A stretch of 64,000 nt of DNA from Candidatus Micrarchaeota archaeon (GTDB taxonomy: Archaea > Micrarchaeota > Micrarchaeia > Anstonellales > Bilamarchaeaceae): contig JBDRLQ010000007.1 of NCBI GenBank assembly GCA_043812915.1, positions 3,502-67,501 on the forward strand. The letters are read 5' to 3'. Shown in pieces: positions 26,701 through 33,651 of this stretch. The number at the start of each line of letters is the position of its first letter. The first letter of the stretch is position 1. The notes beneath the pieces were generated by a model. That model did no database searches. It saw nothing but the letters and a program-made list of their open reading frames with translations, and was not told the DNA's origin. Position numbers and translations under genes: made by a program.

Positions 26701-27101
26701 GATACTGCTCGAATCCAAATCCGGGATATTACTGCTTCTATGGGGAGCTTATTGAGGATGAGGAATGCATCGGCAGCTGTGCCGATGGCACGCCCAACGG
26801 CTACTGCTCATATTCAAAGGATGCGTACGCCTGCTGGGATGGGCTGCTCAAGCCGGACGATTACTGCGCCAGCTCTTATGATGAGGATACGGACTGCCAG
26901 GACGGCACTGAGCACGGCTCCTGCTCGAACTCCAACCCTGGATACTTCTGCTGGTCTGGAGGGCTGCTTGAGGATGAGGAATGCATCGGCAGCTGCGAGG
27001 ATGGGACACCCAACGGCTACTGCTCATATTCAAAGGATGCATACGCCTGCTGGGGCGGGGCGCTTGAGCCTGACGAGTATTGCACCGGGGCTTTCCAGTA
27101 G
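23724..27101 (+). CDS. secreted clostripain-like (peptidase C11) cysteine protease with Cys-rich N-terminus and 11 C-terminal 4-Cys modules
   Basis: Lipobox LMALSGC. WTFIVYLDADNNLE, VIIWDHGAGW (His) and IIGFDACLNGMHE (Cys) fit the C11 catalytic dyad. The C-terminal 395 aa are repeats. Confidence 0.8.
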   Translation: MLPMRSLPFLALALALLMALSGCMDVCPESCDDYNPCTDDFCSSRTNYHCAHMRLDGAQGSCFGSVPGEQCQRYSCVAGSCMIQEQLGCVPDNGDDDDGSTTVTGEADWTFIVYLDADNNLESAGLIDFNEMEAAGSTDDVNILVQMDRIEESDYYLGYDSSNGDWADARRFYIVQDTDMDRMRKSELEALGEVNMGAGATLKEFLLWAVEEYPAKHYAVIIWDHGAGWDYSASGYEEYGMVAFDDTSGGDGITLAELGSALSAMKDKIGRKIDIIGFDACLNGMHEIDYEIADYAHIRIASEELVPGDGWDYRNSLSALVVNPGMSREELATTIVTDFERFYVLSGEDEMITLSAVDLGKVGTLSSAIDEFSATIAGRMSGQTATEVGRARAYVEEYGNDEYGFIDITDFAKIMHDVTQDPDIKASAKKVVEAHDDSIIAEIHGNGRSHSYGRSIYFPRTSSVYVSNYRTDSRFSTETAWDAFLRSYYTGQTADLSAPTVRGMSASSDTVSAESPMEITATVSGNQIADVQLEVYMEGDPEYGDYIVLLNYLPYSSPSFMLGDGSTIPFWLDGDNPLEIKWNGYGIAVEDDEGYLFIPLEPVERGSQYYFISGEYTQKGAISPVYASLVFDFDTGALEYVWDHENVMELQPNKGDRFSAYIYIIDFDEDDEYYVPWTELIYGETGFNLGYYPLPAGGYYLNLVAEDIAGNTQSDSIYITVGDYVETGYECYDGTIDGYCSYISPGYYCEAGELAYDEFCLESLTCMDGTPDGFCSFDYDGYMCTGGTLEYSSECLDSNFCYDGTPIGECSYFYNGYLCADGDFVLDEACYDEFYTDECSDGTMNGFCSNENPGYYCFFGELLDDPECVGSCPDGTPNEYCSFTMEGYSCYDGVLKADESCVESYGSETGCQDGTQHGYCSLLYDGYWCNNGELEYEDSCLAGDYGLDCPDGTEHGYCSDANPGYGCWDGFLEEYAECGAVLDYDCPDGTLSGYCSNPNPGYYCFYGELIEDEECIGSCADGTPNGYCSYSKDAYACWDGLLKPDDYCASSYDEDTDCQDGTEHGSCSNSNPGYFCWSGGLLEDEECIGSCEDGTPNGYCSYSKDAYACWGGALEPDEYCTGAFQ
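25913..27098 (+). repeat. Eleven tandem ~33-39-aa modules C-x-DGT-x2-G-x-CS-x4-GY-x-C-x2-G-x-L-x4-5-C inside the C11 protease gene
   Basis: Modules start CYDGTIDG, CMDGTPDG, CYDGTPIG, CSDGTMNG, CPDGTPNE, CQDGTQHG, CPDGTEHG, CPDGTLSG, CADGTPNG, CQDGTEHG, CEDGTPNG. Segments 26754-26841 and 26970-27057 are about 93% identical at the DNA level by eye. Confidence 0.85.
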
Positions 27102-27150
27102 CCCCACAATATTAAATGGTTACGGAACACGTAGTTGAAAAGGTGAAATT

Positions 27151-27306
27151 ATGTCTTTGGTTGAATTCGATGAATATAAGGGGAACAAGCTGATTGTTCT
27201 GAAAAGGGACGAGAATGACCAGTACGCCTTCAAGTTCGGGAAGGGAAAGGCAAAGCTGATTGTGGAGAACTTCGAGGCAATCAAGAAATTCGCGGAAGAG
27301 GAGTAA
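27151..27306 (+). CDS. 51-aa small protein, possibly PC4/YdbC-like ssDNA-binding fold (below ORF-track cutoff)
   Basis: Hand translation: [59 protein letters not shown] 4 nt upstream. The stop is 2 nt before the parvulin start. Confidence 0.55.
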   Translation: MSLVEFDEYKGNKLIVLKRDENDQYAFKFGKGKAKLIVENFEAIKKFAEEE

Positions 27307-27308
27307 TC

Positions 27309-27584
27309 ATGAAAATCAGGGCAAGCCACATACTAGTCTCCACCCGCGAGGCGGCCAACAAGATTAGCCACGAGCTGAAATCTGGCAAGGATTTTGGTGA
27401 AATTGCGAAAAAGAATTCCTTATGTCCGAGCAGGGAAGCCGGAGGAGACCTCGGTTTCTTCGGAAAGGGGCAGATGGTCAAGGAATTCGAGGATGCCGCA
27501 TTCGCGCTCAAAGTCGGTGAGATATCGGGGCCTGTGCAGACCGAGTTCGGCTACCACATAATAAAGGTAACTGAAAAGAAATAG
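27309..27584 (+). CDS. parvulin-type peptidyl-prolyl cis-trans isomerase (PpiC family)
   Basis: IRASHILV...[43 protein letters not shown]. Confidence 0.9.
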   Translation: MKIRASHILVSTREAANKISHELKSGKDFGEIAKKNSLCPSREAGGDLGFFGKGQMVKEFEDAAFALKVGEISGPVQTEFGYHIIKVTEKK

Positions 27585-27587
27585 CTG

Positions 27588-28847
27588 CTATCTGTCCCGC
27601 GGCTTCCGGCCCCTGCGGTCGGAAGGCCTTCTGCTTCCGCCGCCGCGGGAATCCCGGTTTCCGCGCCTTTCATTTCTTCCGGAATCCCTTCCACCGCTTC
27701 TTCCATACGGAGGCCCGCGCCTTTGGTATGATTTCCTCAATGTGTCCATGTCCAGCCCGCCCTTCATCCATGCGAAATCGGGATGCTGCTCACTATATCT
27801 CTCATCAAGGCTCTCTTTCCTCTCTGTGAATGTTATCGCCTTTCCCTCTGCGCCCATCCTTCCGGTCCTTCCGACCCTGTGGAGGTGCGTGTCCTCATCG
27901 CCCGCCTTGTCGTAGTTGACAATAAGGCCCACATCATCTATGTGGAGCCCCCTTGCCGCGACATCCGTGGCAACGAGAATCCTGAGTTCACCCTCCTTGA
28001 AATTCTTGAGCACCCTTTCCCTGGCAGCCTGGGACATGTCTCCCTGCAGGCTGTCCGCCTTCATTCCCCTCTCGCGGAGCCTGCCGGCGAGCTTGTCGGC
28101 AAATATCTTCGTTGAAGTGAAAATGATTATCTTGCTCTCGGAATGATTCTGGAGGATTTCCTTGAGCTTGGCGAACTTTTCCATCCTTGTGGCCTCCACC
28201 ATCTCTTCTTCGATTTCAGGAGGCTTCTCCTTCTCCCCCACCTCGACAATCTTGGGCTTTCCCATATACCTGGAAGCTGCCCTCATGATTTCCTGGTCAA
28301 GCGTGGCCGAAAGGAGTAGCACTGTGCGCTCTTTGGGGATTTTGTCCATGACGCGGTCCATCTCGTCCCGGAATCCCATGTCAAGCATGCGGTCCGCCTC
28401 ATCAAGCACAACTACATCAAATTCGGAGAGGTCCACTGTCCTCCTCTCCATGTGGTCAAGCAGTCTCCCTGGGGTCGCGACAAGTATGTCCACGCCCTTC
28501 TTAATCGCGCTTATCTGGGGGTTGATGCTGTAGCCCCCATAGACCTCGACGGTTCTTAGCGGGTAGTTGCTGGCTATCTTCTTGAGTTCCTTTGCCACCT
28601 GGACAACGAGTTCCCTGGTCGGCGCCAGCACCAGCGCCTTGTGGGCCGTTCCGCCCATGATGCGCTCCACAATTCCGATTCCGAACGCGGCGGTCTTGCC
28701 AGTTCCGGTCTTGCTTCTGGCAACGACATTGCTGCCGTCAATTATCAGCGGTATCACTTTCTCCTGCACGTCTGTGGGGACATCGTATCCCATCTTTTCA
28801 AGGGCAGCAATGGTCTGCTCCCTCAGATTCATCTCATCGAATCTCAT
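27588..28847 (-). CDS. DEAD-box ATP-dependent RNA helicase with C-terminal Arg/Gly-rich tail
   Basis: Q-motif region, AKTGTGKT-like SKTGTGKTAAF, VLDEADRMLDMGF, SAT, HRVGRTGR. Tail RRGPPYGRSGGRDSGRNERRGNRDSRGGGSRR. Confidence 0.9.
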   Translation of the reverse strand: MRFDEMNLREQTIAALEKMGYDVPTDVQEKVIPLIIDGSNVVARSKTGTGKTAAFGIGIVERIMGGTAHKALVLAPTRELVVQVAKELKKIASNYPLRTVEVYGGYSINPQISAIKKGVDILVATPGRLLDHMERRTVDLSEFDVVVLDEADRMLDMGFRDEMDRVMDKIPKERTVLLLSATLDQEIMRAASRYMGKPKIVEVGEKEKPPEIEEEMVEATRMEKFAKLKEILQNHSESKIIIFTSTKIFADKLAGRLRERGMKADSLQGDMSQAARERVLKNFKEGELRILVATDVAARGLHIDDVGLIVNYDKAGDEDTHLHRVGRTGRMGAEGKAITFTERKESLDERYSEQHPDFAWMKGGLDMDTLRKSYQRRGPPYGRSGGRDSGRNERRGNRDSRGGGSRRPSDRRGRKPRDR

Positions 28848-29121
28848 ATTTTCAACTCTGGAATTCAGAAATATTATACAGAATTAAACTGTCTAACATT
28901 AATTATACTTTACTATAACATTATTCATATTTAAACATATGTATATTCCTGATTATTTCATTTTTCTCTGCAATGACATGCCCCACAACATTTTTTAAAG
29001 TTCACAAAAAAGCATGCCCGGGGAATCCCGGCTTGCGAATCATTATATACTGCCTCTGCCCCCCATTACAATACTTGGGAACCGGCATGGACAAGGAAAA
29101 CAAAATGGATCGGGTGCGCGG

Positions 29122-29532
29122 ATGCAGGAAATCGGACAGATACTTGAAGAGGCGGAAGTGATTGCGGTGGTCGGCCTTTCTGACAATCCCGATAGACCGA
29201 GCTTCCAGGTGGCAAGCTATCTCCTTGGGCATGGCTACAAGATAATCCCGGTCAATCCGAGCATAGCGGAATGGCGCGGGATAAAATCATATCCATCCCT
29301 TCTTGAGATAACAGAGAAAATCGACATAGTCGATATCTTCCGCAGGAGCGAGCATATGCCTGAAATCGTGGAGCAGGCAATCAGGATAAATGCGAAAACA
29401 GTGTGGATGCAGCTTGGCCTTGTGAATGCCGAAGCCGCCAAGAAAGCGGAAGAGGCTGGCCTCAATGTTGTGATGGACAAGTGCATGAAGATTGAGCATT
29501 CAGCAAGGCTCAGCACGCACGGTGGATTCTGA
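29122..29532 (+). CDS. CoA-binding domain protein (YccU/YneT-like)
   Basis: IAVVGLSDNPDRPSFQVASYLLGHGYKIIPVNP...IDIVDIFRRSE...AKTVWMQLG. Confidence 0.8.
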   Translation: MQEIGQILEEAEVIAVVGLSDNPDRPSFQVASYLLGHGYKIIPVNPSIAEWRGIKSYPSLLEITEKIDIVDIFRRSEHMPEIVEQAIRINAKTVWMQLGLVNAEAAKKAEEAGLNVVMDKCMKIEHSARLSTHGGF

Positions 29533-29580
29533 AAACCCAACAACAAGGGTTATATTCCCTTTTTCCTTTACTAGTCCTTT

Positions 29581-30405
29581 ATGACAAAGACAATATTATT
29601 GCTATTGGTATTCGGGCTCCTGTTCTTCGGATGCACAGCGCCTCCGGAGACCTCGGCGCCTGAACAGGTGGAAGCTCCAGCCGGGCCAGGGTCACCGCAT
29701 CCTGAGCCTGGAGTCTCACCGGAACCGGAGCCTGAAACTGCTCCTGAGCCTGAGGTGCCCCCAGAAGCGCCTGAGGATGGCACGCTCATCCCAGCTCATC
29801 CCCAAGGAACGCAGGTCCTGATGACTGGCCGTTCTGTGGCCTACTACTGGACTGAATACATGGGCCTTGAGTGGACTTGCGATGACGAGGAGTGCGCAAC
29901 AGGCAGCCCGAGGGGCAACTATGATGACTATTATTTCATCTACTACGAGCTTGAGTATCCCCCGGATATCGCAAGGTCCGCCGCTGACGCGGTCGACATG
30001 TACGGCGGCGATGCAGAAGTGGTCTTCTTCAAGTTCTGCTTCGTTGATTTCGCGGCTGACGACTCCCTTCAGAACGCATATGACAATGAGGGGCTGATAG
30101 AGGATGTCTACCAGTATGTTGTAGTTGAGCGGGGCAAGAAGCTCATAATAGGGAACGCTTTGCCCCAGGTCCGGGCGCACACCGAGCCCGCTTTGGTCGC
30201 CAACCACCGGGAATTCAACGCATGGCTTGACAATTTCGCGGCGACGCACGGCAATGTGCAGGTTCTTGACCTGAATGGCATGCTCACGGACAGCTCAGGA
30301 AACCTGATGAGCGAGTATGCGGTTTCGGCTGATGACTCGCACCTGAACAGCAACGGCTACGCGAGAATCACTCCGGAATTCCTTGAGCTTATCGAGAGCG
30401 CTTAA
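29581..30405 (+). CDS. secreted lipoprotein, tentatively SGNH/GDSL-like hydrolase fold
   Basis: Lipobox LLFFGC, Pro/Glu-rich linker. C-terminal DDSHLNSNGY resembles SGNH block V (DxxH). Other blocks are not clear. Confidence 0.4.
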   Translation: MTKTILLLLVFGLLFFGCTAPPETSAPEQVEAPAGPGSPHPEPGVSPEPEPETAPEPEVPPEAPEDGTLIPAHPQGTQVLMTGRSVAYYWTEYMGLEWTCDDEECATGSPRGNYDDYYFIYYELEYPPDIARSAADAVDMYGGDAEVVFFKFCFVDFAADDSLQNAYDNEGLIEDVYQYVVVERGKKLIIGNALPQVRAHTEPALVANHREFNAWLDNFAATHGNVQVLDLNGMLTDSSGNLMSEYAVSADDSHLNSNGYARITPEFLELIESA

Positions 30406-30832
30406 GCTCTCCCCTCTACTTTTCTTTTGACTCGGGCACAAACCTATTCTTCTTCAAGGAAACATGCGTTTATTATAGTCGCGCTGGCGGTCGGGCTATA
30501 AACTACGACATTTCCCTCGAATATCATGTTGTAGACCTCATGGTCCCTTGGAATCTCATCCGCTTCTCCAGTTGCGAGATTGATTATCCGGATTACGCTG
30601 CTTCCCTGGGACACGAAACCATCCTGTCACCAGAGAGGTCAAACCATGTGCGCCCTCAATCGGCTGCGAAACGACGGTTGAGGATATGTGTGGCGACTCA
30701 AATGTAATTAGTATTTTTTATATTTCAATCGCTCTTCTACTTTTGGCCGTAACTATGATTGCAGAAAAAATCGCAGAAAAAATAAGCAGTAATATCATCC
30801 CATATTGTGGCTTTTTTGAAACGCTGTTCCTG

Positions 30833-30864
30833 AAAAAAATCGAAGAATAAGAAAAAAGAAAAAA
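30833..30864 (-). terminator. three oligo-T tracts (T6, T6, T7 on the minus strand) immediately after the stop of the 30865-31206 gene
   Basis: The forward strand shows A7 (30833-30839), A6 (30852-30857) and A6 (30859-30864). Confidence 0.5.
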
Positions 30865-31206
30865 TTACTCCTGGTCTGTAGGAGTTTCGATGTCAAGCCC
30901 CTCGTCTTCCAGCGGCTGGTCCGTATCTATCTGGAAGAGATCCGCCAGCTTCTCCTCATCTGTTTCAGATGGGGGCAGCTCTACTGGTCCTGGCCCCTCA
31001 GGAACCGTCAGGTTTTCAGGCTCGGCTGGAGGCGCATCAGGCTCCGGAGTCTCCGGGACCGCGTCGGGCGCGGCTTCAGGAACTTCGCCAGCAGGGCCAA
31101 GCTCCCCTTCCGGAGACAAGGTGGTATCCGGCTCTGCCTTCTTGGCGCATCCAAAGAGCACCAGGGACATTCCCAGCACCAGCAAAAGCATCAGTTTCGT
31201 GTTCAT
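30865..31206 (-). CDS. small secreted acidic Pro/Glu-rich lipoprotein (hypothetical)
   Basis: Lipobox LVLFGC, then low-complexity PEAAPDAVPETPEPDAPPAEPE. ATGA overlap with the upstream gene. Confidence 0.6.
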   Translation of the reverse strand: MNTKLMLLLVLGMSLVLFGCAKKAEPDTTLSPEGELGPAGEVPEAAPDAVPETPEPDAPPAEPENLTVPEGPGPVELPPSETDEEKLADLFQIDTDQPLEDEGLDIETPTDQE

Positions 31207-32123
31207 GAGAAAATCCCCCCAAGTATCTTCATTCTTATGCCGTTGAAGTCATCGAACAGGTCCAGGGAGTCTTCCCAGCACTCGAAGTTCTGCCCTCCGT
31301 ATTCGCCAAGGTCATCAACTTCGGCGGAATACTCACAGTCTGCAAGACTATCCTCAATGTCGCCCTCAAGCTGGTCCATATCCTCGAGAACCTCCTCCTT
31401 GTTGGAGTTGCTGCTAGCCTCTATCATGGGCCTTGCGTAATCGATTGTCGAGAGCATCTTCTGCATCCTGAAAAGAAGAAGAATCCTGGAGTGGCGAAGG
31501 TACAGCGCCCTAATCTCACTTGTCTCCCCCGAGTCGAATGCCCGGTCGATGTCCGCCTCCAGTTCATCTCCGTATCCGATTACCTCTACCATGCCATCTG
31601 TGTTGGCCCCGAGCCTGTCGAGCTCGTCAACCTGGTCATTGGCATAGCGAATCTCATTCCCGACATACTTCTTGGAAGCGGTCCGCTCCTGCTCCATGGC
31701 ATTATGCTTGCAGTCTTCCAGGTCATCCATGAGCGGCTTCTCATCATCCCTTACGCATGAGAAGAAATGCATGTTCTTGTGTCCGTCAAAGGCATCCCCC
31801 AGGAGCGCCCCAAGCAGGCGGACTGAGTGCCCACCGTACTGGAACATCGCAACGCCGAACTCGAACTGGTCATCTTCGTCAGCGGCTTCCTTCAGGTCAG
31901 CAAGGTCTTCCCTTATGTCTTCCATGTGCTCTGATGAGTCGAAGACGCTGGCGTTGTTCCTGTGCCCGCAGCCTTCCCTCATGGAGAGCCATTCCTCCGC
32001 ATAGTCCACGTTGCATGCCGCGTATTGGTATCTGGCCTGCAGCATTTCGCCTGTTGCTTCATTGGTCCAGGCGAACGAGAAGGTCGACATCGCGACAAGC
32101 ACGAATAGTATAACAAATTTCAT
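31203..32123 (-). CDS. secreted acidic helical protein (hypothetical)
   Basis: Signal peptide MKFVILFVLVAMSTFSFA, highly D/E-rich, several paired Cys. No family recognised. Confidence 0.6.
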   Translation of the reverse strand: MKFVILFVLVAMSTFSFAWTNEATGEMLQARYQYAACNVDYAEEWLSMREGCGHRNNASVFDSSEHMEDIREDLADLKEAADEDDQFEFGVAMFQYGGHSVRLLGALLGDAFDGHKNMHFFSCVRDDEKPLMDDLEDCKHNAMEQERTASKKYVGNEIRYANDQVDELDRLGANTDGMVEVIGYGDELEADIDRAFDSGETSEIRALYLRHSRILLLFRMQKMLSTIDYARPMIEASSNSNKEEVLEDMDQLEGDIEDSLADCEYSAEVDDLGEYGGQNFECWEDSLDLFDDFNGIRMKILGGIFS

Positions 32124-32233
32124 AGGCTTACCTCGTTGGTGCTCTCCTAGGTGGGCTAAGCTTTATAAACTTTGCCTATTCACTTACCAGCCCAATAACG
32201 TTTCAGTGGGATTATATATTTGAGGCGGAGGTT

Positions 32234-32266
32234 TGGGGGATTTGGCGCATCAGGCGCCAACCCCCA
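32234..32266. promoter_or_regulatory. 13-bp GC-rich interrupted inverted repeat in a divergent intergenic region
   Basis: TGGGGG-AT-TTGGCGC-ATCAG-GCGCCAA-CCCCCA, between the minus-strand start at 32123 and the plus-strand start at 32334. Confidence 0.35.
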
Positions 32267-32333
32267 CCCCATTATTCTTCTGCAATTCAACGATAGGCTT
32301 TTATTATTTCTAATTACTTTCATTCTGATTAGT

Positions 32334-33074
32334 ATGAATCTGAAACGCGTGTTGCTTAGCCTTCTCTTACCCGGAATCATGCTTACCGGATTTGTATCGC
32401 TTTTTTCCATCATTACGATTTACATCGCCATGAAATTTCTTGAAACTCCGCTTATTGCTCTCCTGATAATGTCCCCTCAGCTATTATTCTCTCTTCTAAT
32501 TGTGATTTTCGCTGTTCTCTATTACGGGGTGCTTAGCAAGAAAGAAAGGCTGGGCTATTGGATTGGACTTTGTACCTGGCGTGAGAAGCTTCCACTGGTT
32601 GGTATGCACATAAATGAGAACTATGAACTTCTTCCAGGAGAGAAAATTGTAATCCCTCGGACGCTATGCATGGCATCTAACACTCTTCCTGTACTTAGCT
32701 TTCTTTGGAGGCCAATGGGTTTTATGGTCACGAACAAGCGCATCATGATGGCGCTCCGATTAGATCTGTTAATCTACACACGCGAAACATTTGGAAGATC
32801 GAACTACTGGAAAAGTGATGTCAAGGAAATGCCAGAGCATCGCTTTCCGCTAAGGAGCAATTTCAGGATAGATAATATCCAGTATGGGGAGGATGAAGGT
32901 GTGCCTTTTATGGAAATAGCTCCGGCTGTGGTAGAAACGAATATGGCAGGTTTTCTAAAAACTGAAGTGCCCCCATCCCACGGCAAGCTATTTGGGCGGC
33001 TTGCCAAAATCAGGGTGTATCATCCACAAGCAAAGAAGATTTCCGAACTCTTTGGAAAAACCAAGAAACAGTGA
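32334..33074 (+). CDS. membrane protein with C-terminal soluble domain (hypothetical)
   Basis: Start MNLKRVLLSLLLPGIML chosen. Three N-terminal TM segments. MGFMVTNKRIMMAL resembles bacterial PH/GRAM-like motifs. Confidence 0.55.
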   Translation: MNLKRVLLSLLLPGIMLTGFVSLFSIITIYIAMKFLETPLIALLIMSPQLLFSLLIVIFAVLYYGVLSKKERLGYWIGLCTWREKLPLVGMHINENYELLPGEKIVIPRTLCMASNTLPVLSFLWRPMGFMVTNKRIMMALRLDLLIYTRETFGRSNYWKSDVKEMPEHRFPLRSNFRIDNIQYGEDEGVPFMEIAPAVVETNMAGFLKTEVPPSHGKLFGRLAKIRVYHPQAKKISELFGKTKKQ

Positions 33075-33334
33075 CCTTTGGTATCCTGATGAAAGCCAAG
33101 CTGCTTTCTCAGTTACCTTTATAAGCGCTTGTATCCAAATTCAGTGCTACGCCTTATCTTAATACAGGGTCGTTTGCCCGATTCTGTCAAGGTCACACTT
33201 CGGTCTTTCATTGAGGCCGCCTCGTACGAACACCTTGTGCGTTTGGCATGAGATTCGTCCGTTGTACGGAGGGATATGCTCAATAAACGAATCAGCGAGC
33301 GTCTCTGAACTAAGATATACATTCAAAAGAGGTC

Positions 33335-33640
33335 ATGACAATGGCTGAAGAAACATGCAACGATAAGAAATGCTACAAACATTCCGGCCTGAAGGTCCGC
33401 GGAGAGCGGCTAGAGGGCAAGATTGTTAGCTCGAAAGGAAAGAATACTGTCGTCATAGAGAGGGACAGGACGCAGTTCTTCCCGAAGTACCAGAGATGGG
33501 CAAAGGAGCGCTCCCATATGGCCGCGCACAACCCTCCCTGCATCGCAGCGAAGGTAGGCGACATCGTCGCGATTGCCGAGACGAGGAAGCTCAGCAAGAC
33601 TAAGGCATGGACAGTGCTGGAAGTAATCAAGCCAGCCTAA
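33335..33640 (+). CDS. rps17: 30S ribosomal protein S17 (uS17)
   Basis: CNDKKCYKHSGLKVRGERLEGKIVS...VGDIVAIAETRKLSKTKAW. Confidence 0.95.
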   Translation: MTMAEETCNDKKCYKHSGLKVRGERLEGKIVSSKGKNTVVIERDRTQFFPKYQRWAKERSHMAAHNPPCIAAKVGDIVAIAETRKLSKTKAWTVLEVIKPA

Positions 33641-33651
33641 AGGTGGTAATC

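Noticed and set aside
26272-27138. 288-aa alternative same-strand frame inside the C11 protease repeat region
   Set aside because: The frame is open only because the repeat DNA is biased. The product is a T/A/R/M-rich low-complexity string, while the main frame gives the strict 4-Cys module pattern.
28848-29121. 274-nt very AT-rich spacer considered as a replication origin
   Set aside because: I could find no repeated ORB-like elements and there is no adjacent cdc6/orc1 gene. It is adequately explained as a divergent promoter region for the helicase and CoA-binding protein genes.
33119-33322. 67-aa minus-strand ORF upstream of rps17
   Set aside because: It has no SD or promoter-like box, is R/S/K-rich, and lies in the probable leader/promoter region of the ribosomal operon.
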